A stretch of 64,000 nt of DNA from Spirochaetia bacterium (GTDB lineage: Bacteria; Spirochaetota; Spirochaetia; SZUA-6; Bin103): positions 224,001 through 288,000 of the forward strand of contig CBDBOV010000006.1 in NCBI GenBank assembly GCA_965208575.1, written 5' to 3'. Positions within the stretch are counted from its first letter, which is position 1; each line of letters starts with the position of its first letter. Positions 58,137 through 64,000 of the stretch are shown here, in pieces. Position numbers and translations under genes: made by a program. The notes beneath the pieces are model-generated. The model did not search any database. It saw nothing but the letters and a program-made list of their open reading frames with translations, and was not told where the DNA came from.

Positions 58137-58345
58137 GCGGCGGTCTCGCTCAGCCAGCAACGCGAAAGGTGGTTCGGCTGCACCGCCCCGGAACGGTCCT
58201 TGAGGCGTGGAGCCGTCATCCAACCGCCTCGCTCAACCGGCAACGCGAAACGTGGTTCGGCTGCATCGCCCCGGAACGGTCCTTGAGGCGTGGAGCCGTC
58301 ATCCAACCGCCTCGCTCAACCAGCAACGCGACAGGTGGCTCGGCG
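58133..58345. repeat. 83-bp tandem repeat of the oppD 3' end, forming two 28-aa mini-ORFs
   Basis: ctcgctca.c..gcaacgcga at 58145, 58228, 58311; minus-strand ORFs 58302-58216 and 58219-58133. Confidence 0.9.
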
Positions 58346-59390
58346 CCGGCTCGAAGATCGGCGGTTCCTCGGCACACTGTTCCATGCGCTGCGGACAGCG
58401 GTCGGCGAAGCGGCACCCCGGCGGCGTGGCGCGCGGGTCGGGCACCAGCCCCTGGATCGGCTGCAGGCGCTGGCGCACCCGCGCCCCGAGCACGGGAATC
58501 GAACGCAGCAAGCCCTGCGTGTAGGGGTGCCGCGGCTGCTTGAACACCGGCCGCATCGGCCCGTACTCCACCACCCGCCCCAGGTACATCACCGCCACCT
58601 CGTCCGCCATGCCCACCACCACGCCCAGGTCGTGGGTGATCATGATGATCGAGATACCGAACTCGCCCTGCAGGCGCTGCATCAGCTCCAGGATCTGCGC
58701 CTGGATGGTGACGTCGAGCGCGGTGGTCGGCTCGTCCGCGATCAGCAGCGACGGGTTGCACGACAGCGCCATCGCGATCATCGCCCGCTGCCGCATGCCG
58801 CCGGAGAGCTGGTGCGGATACTCCACCGCACGCCGCTCCGGATCCGCGATGCCCACCTGGCGCAGCATCTCCACCGCCCGCTCGCGCGCCTCGCCCGCCG
58901 GCTTGTCCTGGTGGAGCTGGATCGCCTCCATGATCTGGTTGCCGATGGTGTACACCGGGTTGAGGCTGGTCATCGGCTCCTGGAAGATCATCGCGATCTC
59001 GCCGCCGCGGATGCGCCGGTAGGTGCGGCTCTGCGAATCCAACTGCACCAGGTCGACCTCGCTGCCGTCCTTGCGGCGGAACCGCAGGCTGCCGCTGATG
59101 GCAGTGGTGGCGGGCGGCACCAGCCCCATGATGCTGAGCGCGGTGACGGTCTTGCCGCAGCCGCTCTCGCCGACCAGCCCCAGGGTGCGATTGCGCCCCA
59201 CCGCCAGGTCGACGCCGTCCACCGCGCGCACCGTGCCGCGGTCGGTGTGGAACCAAGTCTTCAGATCGTGGATCTCGAGCAGCCGGTCGGCTCCCGGCAC
59301 GCTCTCCGGGGTGGTGGGTCGGGCCGGGACCGGCGCCGTGGGAGACGGTGCCGGGGCGCCGGCAACCGCGTCGGCGCGTCGCACTCTCAT
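58299..59390 (-). CDS. oppD: ABC ATP-binding protein (OppD/DppD-like)
   Basis: [24 protein letters not shown]; start 59390 or 59402. Confidence 0.93.
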   Translation of the reverse strand: MRVRRADAVAGAPAPSPTAPVPARPTTPESVPGADRLLEIHDLKTWFHTDRGTVRAVDGVDLAVGRNRTLGLVGESGCGKTVTALSIMGLVPPATTAISGSLRFRRKDGSEVDLVQLDSQSRTYRRIRGGEIAMIFQEPMTSLNPVYTIGNQIMEAIQLHQDKPAGEARERAVEMLRQVGIADPERRAVEYPHQLSGGMRQRAMIAMALSCNPSLLIADEPTTALDVTIQAQILELMQRLQGEFGISIIMITHDLGVVVGMADEVAVMYLGRVVEYGPMRPVFKQPRHPYTQGLLRSIPVLGARVRQRLQPIQGLVPDPRATPPGCRFADRCPQRMEQCAEEPPIFEPAPSHLSRCWLSEAVG

Positions 59391-59835
59391 GGAGTTGGCC
59401 ATCCGGTGTAGCGCAAACGCGAGCGGCGGCAGGCCGCGGCGGGGCTCCTTGGTGATGGCGCGCCGCAGCTCACGCGCGCCGGCGCGCGGCGCCACTGGCA
59501 GCCGTTGCGGAACGGCGGGTGCGGCACGCTGCCGGCTGGCGGCGGCGGGACAGCCGATGCGGTGCGCCATCGGCCGCCGTGGCGAAATGCCGGATGCGGC
59601 GGCTGCCCGTGTGCACGTACCGGTGCGGTGACTGCCGTGGTGTCCGCCGGGCGCTCGGAAGCCATCGCGATCAGCCCTTGCAGCCCGCCGTGGAGCCCGG
59701 CGTCGCACAGAGAGCGGCACCGCGCCCGGCTGCCAAGACGCGACGAACAAGTCTGGCGGGGCACATGTGAGCGAGGATCAACGCAGCCGGCCATGGAGCG
59801 CCGCTCGAATGCAGCCGCCGTTTCGCCACCGGCTG

Positions 59836-61479
59836 CTACCCCTGGCCCACGGTGTCGGTGGCGGCCGTGAAGCCGGGGCCCCCCGCCGCCACGTAGCCGT
59901 GGCTGGCGCCGGAGCTCTCCGGGCTGACCCAGAACGAGTACAGCGCCGCATCGCGCAGGTGGAAGCGCAGCCGTACCGGGCGGCCGGCCACCTCTTCCAG
60001 GCTACCGCCGTTGCCGCCGTTGCCCCACTTCACCGCCTGCGCGGTGGCGTCGCCGGTCACCGGCACGCAGTGCTCGCGGCCAAGGCGCCGCACCGGGTTG
60101 CCGGCCTCGTCCAGCACCTCGGCGCGCAACTCGCCGCCCGCAGCGGCGGCGTTCACGAACAGGTGGCTGCCGCTGAAGCGCAGCGGGCGGGTGGTCAGCG
60201 TGCCGCCCTCCGCGTCGGCGTCGTGCGACACGAAGCCGTCGCGGCGCAGGGTCGCCAGCCCGGTGCTGCCGCCGGCGTACATGTGGGTCCCGAACTTGGG
60301 CGACACCCCGGAGAAGGCGCCGAAGTAGATATACAGTTGGTCGCCCACGATCAGGCAGCAGCCGCCGCAGGAATGGATGTAGTCGCAATTCCAGTCGCGC
60401 AGCCGGTGGGTGCCGGCCACGATCGGCGTGCGGTCGCGGCGGTCGAAGTGAAAGCCGTCGCGGCTGTAGCCCACCAGCAGCTCGGTGATCTTCGGGAAGC
60501 CGCCCTCGTCACAGACCTCGTTGGGCGGCCCGCGGTGGATCATGAAGAAGCCCAGCATCAGGCTCTCGTAGCCGACCGCGTCGATGTTGTAGAGCTGCGT
60601 CGGGTGGCCGTGCTCGGGGGACGGCGGGTCCAGGTTGTCGGCGCCGGACCAGTGGGCGATCTCTTCCCGCTCCCAGGCGGCGCCGGCGAACAGGTCGGCG
60701 TGCTCCCGGTAGCCGCGCAGCCGCCCCACGGCGGGGTCGCTGGTGCGCACGCTGTACGCCCAGCGCTTTCGGAACGGGTTGTAGAAGATGGTGGTGTTGT
60801 CGCCGCAGCGGCCGGTGGCGGCGCGCTCGGTCCAGTGGATGCCGTCCGGCGACGAGTACACGTGGCCGCCGGTCCACCCGGTGGTGGTGTGCGGCCCGCC
60901 CAGCTCGCCGTAGCGGAACCCGCCGCCGCGCTGGCGGTGATAGGCGAACATCTTGAACCGCTCGTCGGCGCGCTCAGCCTCCAGGTCGAGCCATACCCCC
61001 ACCCCGTCGCGCTGAAACCGCTCCCGCAGCGGCAGCACGCGGTTGGTGCCGGGCTCCACGTCCAGGTCCGGGCGCTCCCAGTTGATCCCGTCGCGGCTGG
61101 TGGCCAGCGCCGTGCCGTCGAACCAGCCGGCGTGGTACCACAGCTTGAACAGGCCGTCGGCGGGGTCGTAGAAGGCGCCGTCCTTGAACGGGCACGCTAC
61201 CGGGCACATGCCGAAGTTCATCTCCAGCGGCGTCTCGGGCGCCAGCACCGGGTTCGCCTCGTGCAACTCCGGCGTGTGGAACACCCGCTGCAGCGTACTG
61301 TCGGCGATCAGGAATTCGTCCACCAGCAGTTGCCGCCCCACGTCGATCGGAATCACCGCCGGCGGCCGCTCCAGCCAGGGCACCGGCCCCGGCTCCCGTG
61401 ACGTGCGCGACAGCCCGCGCGGCGGCCACGCTCCCGGCTGCTCGATTCCGTTGTAGTTCACGCCCCTGTTGTCACTCAC
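59836..61479 (-). CDS. Glycoside hydrolase-like beta-propeller protein (GH32-like fold)
   Basis: GRQLLVD, SRDGINW, SPDGIHW, SRDGFHF, LRRDGFVS..TLTTRPL, LYSFW. Confidence 0.75.
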   Translation of the reverse strand: MSDNRGVNYNGIEQPGAWPPRGLSRTSREPGPVPWLERPPAVIPIDVGRQLLVDEFLIADSTLQRVFHTPELHEANPVLAPETPLEMNFGMCPVACPFKDGAFYDPADGLFKLWYHAGWFDGTALATSRDGINWERPDLDVEPGTNRVLPLRERFQRDGVGVWLDLEAERADERFKMFAYHRQRGGGFRYGELGGPHTTTGWTGGHVYSSPDGIHWTERAATGRCGDNTTIFYNPFRKRWAYSVRTSDPAVGRLRGYREHADLFAGAAWEREEIAHWSGADNLDPPSPEHGHPTQLYNIDAVGYESLMLGFFMIHRGPPNEVCDEGGFPKITELLVGYSRDGFHFDRRDRTPIVAGTHRLRDWNCDYIHSCGGCCLIVGDQLYIYFGAFSGVSPKFGTHMYAGGSTGLATLRRDGFVSHDADAEGGTLTTRPLRFSGSHLFVNAAAAGGELRAEVLDEAGNPVRRLGREHCVPVTGDATAQAVKWGNGGNGGSLEEVAGRPVRLRFHLRDAALYSFWVSPESSGASHGYVAAGGPGFTAATDTVGQG

Positions 61480-61691
61480 GCCACTCATCCTACAACGCCC
61501 GCCGCCCTGTGGTAAGTTCGTCGAACCTGGTGTGGTGGCCCGGAAGTCCCTATCAGAAGGACACGAGAGGCTGGCACGCTACCCCGACGGGGAAAGCCGC
61601 GCACGAAGCTGGGGCGAAGCGCCAGCAGGCCGGCGCGCGGCTCGTGGCAGGAAACTTGCGGAGCACCACACCAGGCAACGGAGGTCGAACA

Positions 61692-63410
61692 GTGGACAGG
61701 AGCTTCACCGTGTCATCCCAGTACCTGGTTCTGCCCGTGCGCAACGACGGGTGCGACGGCGATGAGGGCCGGCTGACGCTCGCGGTCGACGGCCGCATCG
61801 TTCTCGACTACGGCATCCGCTTCGCGACCGGCCCCCATGACGTGGGCTGGTACGCGTTCTTCTCGCTCGCCCGCTTCCGGGGCCGCGAGGCGCACGTGTC
61901 CGCCTCCAACGTCACCGAACAGGGCTTCGCCCTCGTACGGCAGGCCGACGCCATCCCCGGCGCCGAGTCCTTCTACACCGAGCCCCTGCGCCCGCGGTTC
62001 CACTTCACCTCGCGCACCGGCTGGCTGAACGACCCCAACGGCCTGATCTGGTACCGCGGCGAGTACCACCTGTTCTACCAGCACAACCCGACCGCCCTGC
62101 CGTGGGGCAACATGACCTGGGGGCACGCGGTCAGCCGCGACCTCGTGCACTGGACCGAGCTGCCCAAGGTGCTGTTCCCCGACGCCGCCACCGGCACCTG
62201 CTTTTCGGGCGCGGCGTTCATCGACCACCGCAACCAGCTCGGCCGCAAGACCGGCGACGAGGAGGTGATCGTCGCGTTCTACCTGCGCACCGGGATCGGC
62301 CTGTGCCTGGCGTACTCCAACGACCGCGGCCGCACCTTCACCGACTACGAGGGCAACCCGGTGCTCAACCACGAGGGCGCGCGCATCGACACGCCGCGCC
62401 CGTTCTGGCACGGGCCGACCGGCAGATGGGTCGCCCCCACCTACGATTTCTTCACCAACGCCCACGGCGAAATGCGCCGCTGCGTCGGCTTCTACAGCTC
62501 CGCCAACCTCACCGACTGGCGCCTCGAGAGCCGAGTCGAACAGGACGGCTGGGGCGATGAACTGTGCGGCTGCGTCGACTTCTTCCAACTGCCGCTGGAC
62601 GGCGATCCCGAGCGCCTCATGTGGGTGATGATCCTGATTGACGGCAGCTACATCGTGGGCGATTTCGACGGCTCCACCTTCCATACGCTGGAGGGCAAGC
62701 CGGCGGCGACCGATGACCGCATCAGGTCGCTGGTGATCCAGGGCGAGTACTACGCCACGATGACCTGGCACAACCTGCCCGACCTGCGCCGCGTCCAGAT
62801 TGCCTGGATGAGGAAGCCGGGTTTCTATCCCGGCATGCCGTTCAACCAGCAGATGACCGTGCCGTCGGAGCTGTCCCTGCACACCACGGACGACGGCCCG
62901 CGGCTGCGCATGCTGCCGGTGACGGAGCTCGCGGCGCTGCGCACCCGCACCCACGAGTGGTCCGACCTACAACTCAACGGGCAGGACAACCCGCTTGCCG
63001 CCATCACCGCCGACCTGCTCGACCTGGAAACGGAGATCCGGGTTGCGAAGGGTACCGTGACCTGCCTGCAACTGCGCGGATTCGACGTCACCTACGACGC
63101 GGACACCGAGGCGCTGTCCTCCTGCGGCACCGCCGCCCGCCTGCCCCCGATCGACGGCGTCGTGCGGCTGCGCGTCCTGCTCGACCGCACCTCCATCGAG
63201 GTCTACGCCAACGACGGCCGGGTCTACATCCCCCGCGTCGTGTTCCCGGAAGACGACAACCGCTCCCTCAGCATCGCCTGCATCGGCGGCGCCACCACCG
63301 CAACCTGCCTCCGCGTCCACGAACTCAAGGCCAGTTGGCCACGGCACACGCTGCACCCAGGACAAACCCAGGACACTCCCGCGGTTGATGAACAGTGTGT
63401 CTATGAGTAG
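61692..63410 (+). CDS. GH32 family protein (levanase/beta-fructosidase-like) with non-canonical catalytic motifs
   Basis: RPRFHF..GWLNDPNG, WGHAVSRDLVHW, FSG, LDRTSIEVYANDG; GTG start after ggagg. Confidence 0.9.
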   Translation: MDRSFTVSSQYLVLPVRNDGCDGDEGRLTLAVDGRIVLDYGIRFATGPHDVGWYAFFSLARFRGREAHVSASNVTEQGFALVRQADAIPGAESFYTEPLRPRFHFTSRTGWLNDPNGLIWYRGEYHLFYQHNPTALPWGNMTWGHAVSRDLVHWTELPKVLFPDAATGTCFSGAAFIDHRNQLGRKTGDEEVIVAFYLRTGIGLCLAYSNDRGRTFTDYEGNPVLNHEGARIDTPRPFWHGPTGRWVAPTYDFFTNAHGEMRRCVGFYSSANLTDWRLESRVEQDGWGDELCGCVDFFQLPLDGDPERLMWVMILIDGSYIVGDFDGSTFHTLEGKPAATDDRIRSLVIQGEYYATMTWHNLPDLRRVQIAWMRKPGFYPGMPFNQQMTVPSELSLHTTDDGPRLRMLPVTELAALRTRTHEWSDLQLNGQDNPLAAITADLLDLETEIRVAKGTVTCLQLRGFDVTYDADTEALSSCGTAARLPPIDGVVRLRVLLDRTSIEVYANDGRVYIPRVVFPEDDNRSLSIACIGGATTATCLRVHELKASWPRHTLHPGQTQDTPAVDEQCVYE

Positions 63411-63437
63411 GCTGCGCACCCGAAGGAGGCTTCGCCC

Positions 63438-63911
63438 TTGTTTCAGAACGAAAAGCACGTTGGACAGGTCTTTCAGGGGGTAGCCGGGGTCCTGACGGCG
63501 CTCACCGTGCTCGCCACCGTGATCTTCACGCTGCTCGGCGTATTCGGCGCGGTCGACATGGAGGCGATCCGCGTGCAGAGCGGCGCGCTCGCCTACGTGG
63601 TCGCGGTCGGGTCTTTCTCGCTGAGTCCGCTCGTTGCCGTCGGCATCGTGGCCGTCAGCCTGTTCAATGCAATCGGCATCATTGCCATCGGCGCCGGGTC
63701 CGCGCGCGGCATCGTCGCGATCGCCGGGGACGACGCGGCCGGCATCATCGCCATCAGCGCCGGCGGCCGGGCCTCCGGCCTCATCCTCGGCATCGGCGAG
63801 GAAGCGAGGGGCATGTTCACCGTCGCCTACTCGGGCCGCAAGGCGACCGCGTTCGGGCGCTGGCCGACCTGGCCGGGCAAGGACAAGGACGCCGCCGCCG
63901 ACTCCGACTGA
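63438..63911 (+). CDS. Small membrane protein with Gly/Ala/Ile-rich repeats
   Basis: aaggagg RBS; hydrophobic helices; repeated GIIAI/GIVAI. Confidence 0.65.
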   Translation: MFQNEKHVGQVFQGVAGVLTALTVLATVIFTLLGVFGAVDMEAIRVQSGALAYVVAVGSFSLSPLVAVGIVAVSLFNAIGIIAIGAGSARGIVAIAGDDAAGIIAISAGGRASGLILGIGEEARGMFTVAYSGRKATAFGRWPTWPGKDKDAAADSD

Positions 63912-64000
63912 TTCCGCGCGCCGCCGGCGTGGTGCGACTACTGGTCTTCCGATAGTCTTCCGGGAAATTGGCAGCAGGCAAGAAATCCTCGTCGACGTTC

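Noticed and set aside
58133-58345. 83-bp repeat as a CRISPR array or terminator
   Set aside because: Full-unit tandem duplication of the oppD 3' end with no spacers or U tract

Overview
High-GC bacterial DNA. Its content (family-5 ABC importers with spirochaete-style N-termini, sulfatases, PhyH dioxygenases, GH32-like hydrolases, Calx-beta and ASPIC/UnbV proteins) resembles sponge-associated Spirochaetaceae; this taxonomy is inference only. A catabolic/transport backbone is interrupted by visibly lower-GC accessory cassettes: an MNT gene with a HEPN remnant, a DUF262 remnant, IS1634, a five-gene MORC-ATPase/histidine kinase - receiver - unknown - 5mC methyltransferase - Vsr module, a secreted MACPF-like Gly-rich protein, a HARE-HTH Mrr nuclease, a DUF222-like HNH protein, two AbiE-type toxin-antitoxin pairs, an XPB-N-domain protein and a large 2OG-Fe(II) oxygenase. 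Best candidates for new biology: (1) the MORC-kinase/receiver/methyltransferase module, which has no recognisable restriction nuclease and one uncharacterised gene; (2) an ~82-bp three-hairpin dispersed element, intergenic in one place and in-frame inside sulfatase genes in two others; (3) two defence cassettes each bracketed by an intact host gene and a decayed copy of it, with no integrase; (4) two ATGA-coupled mini-ORFs relaying oppD to oppF; (5) a poly-C frameshift in a surface lipoprotein gene. I saw no rRNA, tRNA or CRISPR array. All family assignments come from motif recognition by eye, not database searches.
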